From positions 1-37,009 of the forward strand of contig SKGH01000039.1 of assembly GCA_007117575.1 (NCBI GenBank): 37,009 nt of DNA. The letters are read 5' to 3'. Within the stretch, counting starts at the first letter, position 1. Each line of letters opens with the position of its first letter. The stretch comes from Candidatus Kaiserbacteria bacterium. GTDB lineage: Bacteria > Patescibacteriota > Minisyncoccia > Phycocordibacterales > UBA918. Below, in pieces: positions 9,114-17,002 of this stretch. Below the pieces are notes generated by a model, which saw only the letters and a list, made by a program, of their open reading frames with translations, searched no databases and had not been told where the DNA came from. The position numbers and the translations under genes are program-made.

Positions 9114-10253
9114 ATGGAAAAGCAAAGGATTGAAAATATAGTTTTAGAAATTGACACGGCTTATTCAGTTAAAAGAATAAGCGATATACAGGCATGGTTT
9201 TCGGCTAGTGATATTGATTATTTTATAAAAAAAGATGCGGTGGATCCGGTGGCTAATTATTTAAAGAAAACCGGAGCTTTGGTAGTTAGAAACGAAGAAC
9301 AGTTTTCAGCTTATTTATATTTAAAAGGAGAGTTATACGTAATTGATTTTAATTTAAAAGCGGATAGCTTAACCAAGCGTTTTGGAGGGGTAGGATTTAA
9401 GCAAACTTTTTATGACCATATCTGGCACGATCCTAAATTGTATAAATTTTTTAAATACGTTTTAACTATTCGTTCTAAGGAAAAATATACTGATTTTGTC
9501 GATAAGAATTACCATATTTATGGGCGATTTTTGCATGACACTACGTATTTAAATCAGCCGATCTTTAAGAATGATGTGAGTAAAAAAGATGTTTTGGATT
9601 TTATGAAGAAAAGACCCGTAACTCTGTTTAAGGTGTTGAAGCCCTCTTCTTTGCTGTGGTTTGTACTAACCTATTTCACTGAGCGTTTTAAAAAAATAGG
9701 TGGCGGTAAATGTATTGCTTTTGTCGGTGTGGATGGTGCCGGTAAGACAACAGTGTTAAAGGAAATGAGTAGAGTAATAGGAGCAAAGGTTGTCTATATG
9801 GGAGACTACAATTTTACTTTTGCTCGATTCTACGACTGGATAGGGAGTAAGCATCTTTATTTAGCTCGTTCGTGCTTTTTTTTGCAGTTACCGGAACAGA
9901 TAGCTCGTTACCTTAAAGTAAGGTGGTACACCATACGAGGAGTACATGTTTTAACTGATCGTTATCCCGGTTTTAATCGACCCTTACGTAAAGAGGGTTG
10001 GTTATTAAGTGTGAATACGTTACTGTATGGCTGGTTTCCACAACCTCACGGTTTTGTTTATTTATATGCAAAACCGGAAGTGATCAGAGAGCGTAAACAA
10101 GAAATGTCTAAAGAGCATATAGAGGTTTTTCATAAAAATGCCACTAAAATATTGACTCGTAAAAAAAAGGTCTTGATGATTAAGAATAGTGATTTAGACA
10201 AAACTTATACTGAGGTGTTGCGGTTTTGTTTTCATATAATGGGAAAGATATGA
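9114..10253 (+). CDS. Two-domain protein: unknown N-terminal domain plus C-terminal thymidylate-kinase-like P-loop domain
   Basis: IAFVGVDGAGKTT (dTMP-kinase-type Walker A) followed by LTDRY (DRY/H motif). The N-terminal ~190 aa carry an SDIDYF acidic motif and no clear family. Confidence 0.7.
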   Translation: MEKQRIENIVLEIDTAYSVKRISDIQAWFSASDIDYFIKKDAVDPVANYLKKTGALVVRNEEQFSAYLYLKGELYVIDFNLKADSLTKRFGGVGFKQTFYDHIWHDPKLYKFFKYVLTIRSKEKYTDFVDKNYHIYGRFLHDTTYLNQPIFKNDVSKKDVLDFMKKRPVTLFKVLKPSSLLWFVLTYFTERFKKIGGGKCIAFVGVDGAGKTTVLKEMSRVIGAKVVYMGDYNFTFARFYDWIGSKHLYLARSCFFLQLPEQIARYLKVRWYTIRGVHVLTDRYPGFNRPLRKEGWLLSVNTLLYGWFPQPHGFVYLYAKPEVIRERKQEMSKEHIEVFHKNATKILTRKKKVLMIKNSDLDKTYTEVLRFCFHIMGKI

Positions 10254-10936
10254 AAAAGAAATACTATGTAGAGTTTGTTGGTCAACATGGTGCCGGTAAG
10301 TCCACTACTTATAGATATTTGGTAGACAATAAATTGTTATCTGACGTGGTCAGTGTGTATCCGCATTTGTTAGGAAAGCGATCTCGATTACGATTTTTTT
10401 TACTTCTACCTTTTATTTTTCTGACTTTATGGCGAGATTGGGTTTTTTTGATACATTTTGCTTGGCGATACACATCGGTTAGTGTTTGGAATTGCCGTGA
10501 GGTGTATCTTTATCTGATAAAGATGCTCATATTGCACAAATATTACCAACTTACTTACACTTTTGATGTTTGGTATAAGCAAGACATGCTACATTTGTTA
10601 CCGCGTTTACGATGGCGCTCCGGTGTGTCACCTGAGTTAGCATTTGCCAGTTTTTTTCATCATTTTAAAAGTCGTTACAATGGAATTGTTTTTATAGATA
10701 TAGACTGGCGTGAAGTGGAAAAACGTTATTGGGCAAAACGATATCTGTATCTTTCACAAGAAGAGCGTAAAGAGCGTCTGGAAATGTATCGGTATGCATA
10801 TAGTCAACAAAACTATATGAAAGAAGTTTTACTCAAACAAGATGAAGTGCCGGTTTTGGTATTGGATGGATTTGAAGATGTTACCGTTAAAGCGAAGTGT
10901 GTGGCAGATTTTATTTTAAATAAAGTTTTAAAATAA
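10250..10936 (+). CDS. P-loop NTPase / kinase-like protein, paralog of 5433-6125
   Basis: ORF track start 10226 is TTG. The ATG at 10250 forms an ATGA overlap with the upstream stop and gives MKKKYYVEFVGQHGAGKST (Walker A). Confidence 0.7.
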   Translation: MKKKYYVEFVGQHGAGKSTTYRYLVDNKLLSDVVSVYPHLLGKRSRLRFFLLLPFIFLTLWRDWVFLIHFAWRYTSVSVWNCREVYLYLIKMLILHKYYQLTYTFDVWYKQDMLHLLPRLRWRSGVSPELAFASFFHHFKSRYNGIVFIDIDWREVEKRYWAKRYLYLSQEERKERLEMYRYAYSQQNYMKEVLLKQDEVPVLVLDGFEDVTVKAKCVADFILNKVLK

Positions 10937-10938
10937 AG

Positions 10939-12090
10939 ATGGTTATAAATTTATATGATATGAACCAAAAAAGACCAAAAATAATTTGTTTTAACCAAGT
11001 TCTAACCGACCATATAGTCGATGTTGCCAGCAGGGTTGGTGATACTGTTTTGATATATGGCAAGGGTGGTAGGGTGCGTCGCAATTTTGAAGGTGTAAAA
11101 AGAGTACCTTTACGAGTAACGTTTTTAGGGGTAAGGGCTGTGACACGTTTTTTCTTTCCCAAAAACCAGACACATCATCCGCGTTATTTTATTGGCTTGG
11201 GGCGAGTACTTAGGCATGAGAAACCTGATGTTGTGGTTGCTACCGATATTTTTCAACCTCATGCTTGGCGATGTATACGCTATGCTCGGTTAAACGGTAG
11301 GCGGTTGATTCTCTTGTCTGAGACTAAAAAGTGGCCCGGTTCTAAGTTTGGAAAAATCTGGTTACGTTTTTCTTTGTGGTATATAAGACGCAATTTAAAA
11401 TATATTGATAAAATAGTAGTATGGACTGAGCAGGGTAGAAAGTTTTATGCGCGGTATATGCCGGAGGCAAATGTAGAGTTGATACCGGCACCAGTGGATA
11501 CGAATTTTTTTTATCCGGCTCAAAAAAAAGACTGGTTACCTGAAGGTAAACTGCGAATACTGATGAATGCTCGTTTTGTATCGTTTAAGCGTCATAATGA
11601 TCTATTGAAGGCGGTGTTGATCTTGCGAGAAAAAGGTTTAAAGGCGTCGGTTTCTTTAATAGGCAGTAAGGGATTGGGTGTAGAAGATATGGAGAAACAG
11701 ATAGCAAAATATGGGTTGAGGGACGTAGTACATATTTTACCGCCACGTCAATTTGAGGAAATGCCTTCACTGTATCATGAGCACGACGTATTAGTTTTAC
11801 CCAGTTATCAAGAAGCGATAGGAATGGTGGTACCGGAAGCAATGTCTTGTGGTGTGCCGACAATTACGAGTGATACTGTGGGTGCCAATCTTTATGTTAA
11901 AGAAGGGGTTACGGGACTGATATTTAAAACCAAAGACGTGACAGATCTGGCAAATAAATTAGCCGAGTGTTTTGATGCCAGAAAGCTTCAGGTCATGGGC
12001 AAGTCTGCTCGTCAATATTGTGTTGATAATTTTGGTAATGAACAAATTGAAGAAAGGTTTGATAAATTATTTCGACAAATTTCTAAATAG
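10939..12090 (+). CDS. Glycosyltransferase family 4 (GT-B)
   Basis: LPSYQEAIGMVVPEAMSCGVPTITSD (E-x7-E). Confidence 0.85.
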   Translation: MVINLYDMNQKRPKIICFNQVLTDHIVDVASRVGDTVLIYGKGGRVRRNFEGVKRVPLRVTFLGVRAVTRFFFPKNQTHHPRYFIGLGRVLRHEKPDVVVATDIFQPHAWRCIRYARLNGRRLILLSETKKWPGSKFGKIWLRFSLWYIRRNLKYIDKIVVWTEQGRKFYARYMPEANVELIPAPVDTNFFYPAQKKDWLPEGKLRILMNARFVSFKRHNDLLKAVLILREKGLKASVSLIGSKGLGVEDMEKQIAKYGLRDVVHILPPRQFEEMPSLYHEHDVLVLPSYQEAIGMVVPEAMSCGVPTITSDTVGANLYVKEGVTGLIFKTKDVTDLANKLAECFDARKLQVMGKSARQYCVDNFGNEQIEERFDKLFRQISK

Positions 12091-12096
12091 TTGTCT

Positions 12097-12819
12097 TTAG
12101 CTCAGTTGTTTGTTTATTAGGATAACTTTTTCACCTTGGTGGTGATATATCCATTTATCTTTAGAACAAGCCTTTTCCAGCGCTTCTTTGCAACCTGGCA
12201 AAAATCTATCGTGTAGCTCAATAAAAATAACACGCACAGACTCCAACCATTTTGTATCATGTGAAAGTAGCTTCTTTTCCGCTCCCTCAATATCAATTTT
12301 TAATATATCTATAAGGTCGTGGTCTGACTGATTAATTATCTGAGGAATGGTCATTGTTTTGATGCTTTCAGATACGTTTTTGGTGTCTTGGTCAGTGACT
12401 TGAAAAGACCAATGGCTTTTTCCCGGGTTGACCAAAGAAATAGAAGTTTCTTCATGCCAAAGGGCTTTACGGTGAGTTTTTATGTTTGGAAATTTTTTTG
12501 TGTTCTGAATCAGTAATCGATAATTATTTTTTTCCGGTTCAAGCGATATAATTTGCGCGTCAGGGTATTGATAAGCATAATACAGTGGCGAAAGACCGAT
12601 GTAGGCACCGGCATCCACTATCAGTTTTGGTTTTATGTCGCCTACATATGAAAATACATCCAGTTCTTTATCTACAAAAACGGCTTTAAAGACACTGGTG
12701 TCGCTACCCATTAGACGTATTCTTATATACCCATAATTCAAAGAAAGCTGAAGCCAGTCGGGAGCTATGGTCATTGTTTCCATTGTCTTACGACGAATTT
12801 TGTGAATAATGCTCAGCAT
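12097..12819 (-). CDS. FkbM-family methyltransferase
   Basis: VDAGAYIGLSP and LKIDIEGAEKKLL. ORF track start 12849 is GTG and overlaps the flippase; the ATG at 12819 is more likely. Confidence 0.75.
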   Translation of the reverse strand: MLSIIHKIRRKTMETMTIAPDWLQLSLNYGYIRIRLMGSDTSVFKAVFVDKELDVFSYVGDIKPKLIVDAGAYIGLSPLYYAYQYPDAQIISLEPEKNNYRLLIQNTKKFPNIKTHRKALWHEETSISLVNPGKSHWSFQVTDQDTKNVSESIKTMTIPQIINQSDHDLIDILKIDIEGAEKKLLSHDTKWLESVRVIFIELHDRFLPGCKEALEKACSKDKWIYHHQGEKVILINKQLS

Positions 12820-12826
12820 ATTTATT

Positions 12827-14080
12827 TTATGTTTCAAGAGGCTTGGCACGTTTAAATAAAGTATACACTACAACCGTCTCAATTAAACCGCTTAGTAGCA
12901 GAGCGTATACCGCCCCCCAAATACCGTAGGTGGGTAGAAGTAGCAAGAGAAGGGTTAGTTTTATGATAGGCAGGGTTATGTTGCTTATGTATAGGGCACG
13001 AGTTTGGGCGTGGGCATGAAGAGCTTTACTATATAGCGATCGAGGTATGAAAAGCAGGGTAAGGGCTAAGAGTTGTGTCAGTGGTATGGCTTCGGGATAG
13101 AGAGGAAATAGTATTGGAAACGCTAGGGGAGCGATAACTATATAGCTAAGTGCGAATATGCTCATAACACCTGAAAAGAGAAGAACCTTACGAGGTAGTG
13201 TCTTTTGCAGGGTTGGTAGGTCACGAGTGGCAAGTTTCGGTAGAGCTATACCGGTAATGGCGTTGAGTACTCCGCCGGAGTATTTGGTTGCCAGTTGAGC
13301 TATAGAAAAAGTAGCGACTGCTAACGCACCTAAAAAATGCCATACCAATATTTTATCTGCTTGACCGGCTATGGCACCTATTATTTTCATCACACTTAGG
13401 TGTTTACTGAAGTTTAGGCCTTCAGTATATATTTCTAAAGGTGGTTTATATTTTTTTACTACATGATAGTGACAGATTATGTATGAAATAGTGTTACCGG
13501 CAAAATATGTGGTGATGATAATTATCAGGTTGTCAGTTAGTAAGAGGGCGGTGATTATGGCGGTGGTTGGGAATAACTTACGTATGGTCTCTAATATAGA
13601 TGCGTGCTTAAAGAATTTTTTCCCGTATAGATAGTGTTCGTACAAACGAAAGCTTACGAAAAAAGGTGATAGAGCACCGGCTATCAGCATACTTAAAGCA
13701 AGCGTTTGGTTGTCGTTTAGGTAATAGTATCCAGCTAGAAGACCGCCGGCTATTGTGATACCGATACTCCAGCGTAGTTTGGCTTTTAAACCATAAAGGA
13801 AAGCACCGTCGTGTCCTTGTGCGACAGCACGGTTTATGGCCACTCCCATACCTGTTAAGGTGAATATACCAATGATACTGGTTAGAGAGAGGACAAATTG
13901 ATAAGTTCCATAGTCCGTAGGGTCCATGAGGTTAGCAAATGCAATAGTGGTAATAAGACCAGCCAGTACTCCAAATGAGTAATTAAACGCTGTCCAGAAA
14001 CCCCCGCTGGCCAGATAGACCATATCGGTGCGAGTGTACTTTTCTGACCAACGAAGCAGACGCAGTAGACTTTTTATCAT
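12827..14080 (-). CDS. wzx: Wzx-type polysaccharide flippase (MOP superfamily)
   Basis: 417 aa, polytopic with roughly 12 predicted hydrophobic helices. Position and size are typical of O-unit flippases. The symbol is generic. Confidence 0.7.
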   Translation of the reverse strand: MIKSLLRLLRWSEKYTRTDMVYLASGGFWTAFNYSFGVLAGLITTIAFANLMDPTDYGTYQFVLSLTSIIGIFTLTGMGVAINRAVAQGHDGAFLYGLKAKLRWSIGITIAGGLLAGYYYLNDNQTLALSMLIAGALSPFFVSFRLYEHYLYGKKFFKHASILETIRKLFPTTAIITALLLTDNLIIIITTYFAGNTISYIICHYHVVKKYKPPLEIYTEGLNFSKHLSVMKIIGAIAGQADKILVWHFLGALAVATFSIAQLATKYSGGVLNAITGIALPKLATRDLPTLQKTLPRKVLLFSGVMSIFALSYIVIAPLAFPILFPLYPEAIPLTQLLALTLLFIPRSLYSKALHAHAQTRALYISNITLPIIKLTLLLLLLPTYGIWGAVYALLLSGLIETVVVYTLFKRAKPLET

Positions 14081-14230
14081 GTCAAAAGTATATCAGAAAA
14101 ATGTGTAAGGAAGATGAGATGCTTTTTGAGATATAAAGATTTGTTGATACAAATTTTTATCGTTTATGTTAGTGTGAACGTATAATTGGAAAACGTTGTA
14201 ATATGAGGATGAGAATTTTCATATCTGTTT

Positions 14231-14935
14231 ATGAAAAAAACATTTACCAAGAAATATAATAAATTACCTTCTGAGGCAATAAATAGAGTAGTTAAAAAAT
14301 ATAAACTTATCAATGATTCGAATATAAGTGATAAAATTGAAGTCATTGTACCTGAAGTGGTTTCTCATAAAGAAAAAAGTGTTACTTTTGAATGTTTACC
14401 GGTAGAAAAAATGGATTCTCTGGGAAAACACATGAAAGAAGAAACCCCGGTTTCAGTAGAAGAAAGTATGGAAAAAGCAGGTGTTGCTCTAGCTCATATT
14501 CATGATGTTTTACAGCCAGAAAAAATGGTACATGGAGATTTTTCTCCCAATAATATTTTCTTATTAGGAGATTCGTTGGTGGTTATTGATTTTGAGCCTA
14601 TGAATGCGGATAACTGGAGGGGTGGGGTTTATAATGTTCCTGAGCATGACTTGGCACATTTTATTGTTTCTGGAGAGACACGTTTTCCTCATGGTAATTT
14701 ATTGAATTATCCCTTGAACCGTAGTGTTTGGTACCAATCTTTTTTAAATGGATATCAAGAAGCAGGCGGTCAGTTTAATAAGGAGGACCTGAGCATACGT
14801 ATACGTGAGGGTTTTAGGAAAAACGCAGTGAGTGTATTACAAGATGGAAGGCGTAGTGTATTAAATAAAGTTGGTACCATTGGCTTTAGAGGGATGACTT
14901 GGATAGCAAACCCGATGCTCAGAAAGGGTTTGTAG
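14231..14935 (+). CDS. Small protein-kinase-fold phosphotransferase (APH / Kdo-kinase-like)
   Basis: Catalytic-loop-like HGDFSPNNIFL followed by VVIDFE (DFG-like). Divergent from the flippase gene. Confidence 0.65.
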   Translation: MKKTFTKKYNKLPSEAINRVVKKYKLINDSNISDKIEVIVPEVVSHKEKSVTFECLPVEKMDSLGKHMKEETPVSVEESMEKAGVALAHIHDVLQPEKMVHGDFSPNNIFLLGDSLVVIDFEPMNADNWRGGVYNVPEHDLAHFIVSGETRFPHGNLLNYPLNRSVWYQSFLNGYQEAGGQFNKEDLSIRIREGFRKNAVSVLQDGRRSVLNKVGTIGFRGMTWIANPMLRKGL

Positions 14936-14974
14936 TATGGGTGTTTTATAGTAGCTATGAATATATATACGAAC

Positions 14975-15034
14975 GGGGAGAAGAGTGGTGGGGCGGTGGT
15001 AGTTGGTGGGGTCTGAAGTTTTGTGGGTTGAGGT
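14975..15034 (+). other. G-rich, C-poor tract with four G3-4 runs
   Basis: ggggagaagagtggtggggcggtggtagttggtggggtctgaagttttgtgggttgagg. Only 2 C in about 60 nt of a low-GC genome. Confidence 0.8.
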
Positions 15035-15050
15035 AACGGCAAAAGACAAA

Positions 15051-15076
15051 GGCGCGCGAAGCGCGCCCAGTTGGTA
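15051..15076. repeat. GC-only hairpin plus TTGGTA (left copy of a direct repeat bracketing the TA islet)
   Basis: GGCGCGCGAAGCGCGCCCAGTTGGTA: 7-bp stem ggcgcgc/gcgcgcc with loop gaa. Near-identical copy at 16848-16872. Confidence 0.85.
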
Positions 15077-15142
15077 AGGGGTGTTATTACTAGTCTAGGA
15101 TTCCCTCTTAGACCAGTATTGATGAGGTCGACAATATAACTG

Positions 15143-15154
15143 TTGTATATACAA
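15143..15154 (+). promoter_or_regulatory. Perfect 12-bp palindrome TTGTATATACAA, candidate operator 11 nt upstream of the DinJ-like gene
   Basis: Seen directly. It overlaps the 11-mer ATATACAATGG (15147-15157), which recurs at 15503-15513. Confidence 0.45.
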
Positions 15155-15164
15155 TGGTTGTATT

Positions 15165-15431
15165 ATGAAAACGGTATTAAACGTCAAAACTGACAAAGAG
15201 GTAAAAGAGCAAGCACAAGCGTTGGCTAAACATTTAGGTGTCCCTTTGTCGGTGGTGGTGAATGGCTACTTGCGTGAATTTATTCGTAGTGGCGAGTTCA
15301 CGCTACGAGCGGCACCGACATTAAAGCCGGCAGTTGCCAAGCGACTAGAGCGGGCGGTGGCTAAGGGAGACACTGGATCTGTGTATCATACTCCTGATGA
15401 TTTCTTGGCAGATCTTGAAAAAGAAGTATAG
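15165..15431 (+). CDS. RelB/DinJ-family (ribbon-helix-helix) type II antitoxin-like protein, no cognate toxin
   Basis: MKTVLNVKTDKEVKEQAQALAKHLGVPLSVVVNGYLREFI matches the DinJ/RelB N-terminal pattern. 88 aa. Confidence 0.7.
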   Translation: MKTVLNVKTDKEVKEQAQALAKHLGVPLSVVVNGYLREFIRSGEFTLRAAPTLKPAVAKRLERAVAKGDTGSVYHTPDDFLADLEKEV

Positions 15432-15503
15432 GGAGGAGAAAGTGTCAAACGGTATGATCTATCAAGACTGTGCATAGCCAAGATTGACGAGAAAAACCAA
15501 CAA

Positions 15504-15544
15504 TATACAATGGAAGTAAGAATATTTATGACTTCCATTGTATA
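15504..15544 (+). promoter_or_regulatory. 14-bp perfect inverted repeat (13-nt spacer), candidate AbiEi operator
   Basis: TATACAATGGAAGT (15504-15517) pairs with ACTTCCATTGTATA (15531-15544), ending 6 nt before the ATG at 15551. Confidence 0.5.
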
Positions 15545-15550
15545 AATTGT

Positions 15551-16123
15551 ATGGAGAGAGCAATCGAAAAATTATATCAAGCAAAAAAAACCATCTACAC
15601 CACGCATGATCTAGCGTTGGTGTGGAATGAGCGTGACGAAAATAATTTGAAAGCTAAGATCGCTTATTATGTTAAAAAGAAAGATTTGCACCGAATTACG
15701 AGAGGTGTATTTGCGAAAGATGATGCCTATGAAGTAAAAGAACTAGCCACCAGTCTATATACACCATCCTATGTCAGTTTTGAAACAGTATTACGAGAGG
15801 CAGGGCTTATATTTCAGCATTACAATGAAACATTTGTAGCGGCACCATACTCTATGCAAAAAACGTATGATGAGCACACATTTACTTTTCGCAAGTTAAA
15901 AAACACAGTTTTATTTGCCAATGCCGGCATTTTAAATAAAGACAGTTATGCGATTGCCAGCCCCGAACGGGCCTTTTTAGATACCTTATATCTATATCCG
16001 GAGTTTTACTTTGATAATCCGGATGTACTGGATTGGCAACGGTGTATTGAATTGGTCTCACTTTACGAGAATCAACAATTAGAAAAACGATTGTACAATT
16101 ATCACACTACATATGCTACGTAA
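15551..16123 (+). CDS. abiEi: AbiEi-family type IV antitoxin / transcriptional regulator
   Basis: LHRITRGVFAKDD and TPSYVSFETVLREAGLI match AbiEi-type motifs. 11-nt overlap with the downstream AbiEii gene. Confidence 0.75.
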   Translation: MERAIEKLYQAKKTIYTTHDLALVWNERDENNLKAKIAYYVKKKDLHRITRGVFAKDDAYEVKELATSLYTPSYVSFETVLREAGLIFQHYNETFVAAPYSMQKTYDEHTFTFRKLKNTVLFANAGILNKDSYAIASPERAFLDTLYLYPEFYFDNPDVLDWQRCIELVSLYENQQLEKRLYNYHTTYAT

Positions 16124-16829
16124 AACACAACACCAGCTGATAATGGGTAATATCTTAAAAGATATTTATACCGATGTAACGATTTCTTCATCTCTTGGTT
16201 TTAAGGGTGGGACATGCGCTTACTTTTTTTATGGATTACCACGCTTTTCGGTTGCTCTGGATTTTGATCTGTTGGATAGTGATAGCACTACACAAGAACA
16301 GGTACTAGAAAAAATGACTACAGTATTGCAACAGTACGGTACGTTATTGGATACAAAAGTAAAACGTCATACTACTTTTTTCTTACTTTCTTACGGTGAC
16401 GCTGATCATAAAGTGAAGGTTGAAATTAATACTCGCACGTTACACACAGACCTGCGTCAGTATTATAAAATTAAAGAATATATTGGTATTGCTATGCTGG
16501 CCGGTACTCCAGAGTACTTGTTTGCCAGTAAGTTGGTAGCTCTATCAGAACGTAAAAAAACTGCCATGCGAGACGTGTATGATATTTGGTTTTTTGGTAG
16601 TCAGCGGTGGAGTATCAGTGAGCAGGTGGTTCAAGAACGGACACAAAAAGATACGGTAACATATATCGCTGACTGCATTAGTCTGATTGAAAAAATTCCT
16701 GATAATCAGTTCTTGCAAGGACTGGGGGAGTTGCTAGATAGTGAAAAAGAGAAGAACTGGGTTAAAACTAAGCTGAAGGGGGAAGTGTTATTCGTACTAC
16801 GCAATTATCAATCGTCTCTTTCAAAGTGA
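16113..16829 (+). CDS. abiEii: AbiEii/AbiGii-family nucleotidyltransferase toxin
   Basis: GFKGGTCAYFFYGLPRFSVALDFDL and KKTAMRDVYDIWFF match the DUF1814/AbiEii motifs. Confidence 0.8.
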   Translation: MLRKTQHQLIMGNILKDIYTDVTISSSLGFKGGTCAYFFYGLPRFSVALDFDLLDSDSTTQEQVLEKMTTVLQQYGTLLDTKVKRHTTFFLLSYGDADHKVKVEINTRTLHTDLRQYYKIKEYIGIAMLAGTPEYLFASKLVALSERKKTAMRDVYDIWFFGSQRWSISEQVVQERTQKDTVTYIADCISLIEKIPDNQFLQGLGELLDSEKEKNWVKTKLKGEVLFVLRNYQSSLSK

Positions 16830-16847
16830 GTATGTGAGTTAACAGCC

Positions 16848-16872
16848 GGGCGCGCGTAGCGCGCCCTTGGTA
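16848..16872. repeat. GC-only hairpin plus TTGGTA (right copy); may also terminate the AbiE operon
   Basis: GGGCGCGCGTAGCGCGCCCTTGGTA: 8-bp stem, 3-nt loop, 19 nt after the abiEii stop. Confidence 0.85.
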
Positions 16873-17002
16873 TATTACTTTATAAGGAGCAGTAGCTTGG
16901 TCTGTACTTCTTTCATGACTTTTGAACGTGCTTTGGTGAGAAACTTTGCATTTCTTGCACTCCAATCTAGAGATCTGACATGGTCGGCTAAAATGACAAC
17001 AG

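Noticed and set aside
14770-15049. Pro/Thr-rich minus-strand ORFs 14770-15042 and 14861-15049.
   Set aside because: These are artefacts of the G-rich, C-poor tract read on the complementary strand, and they overlap the end of the kinase-fold gene.
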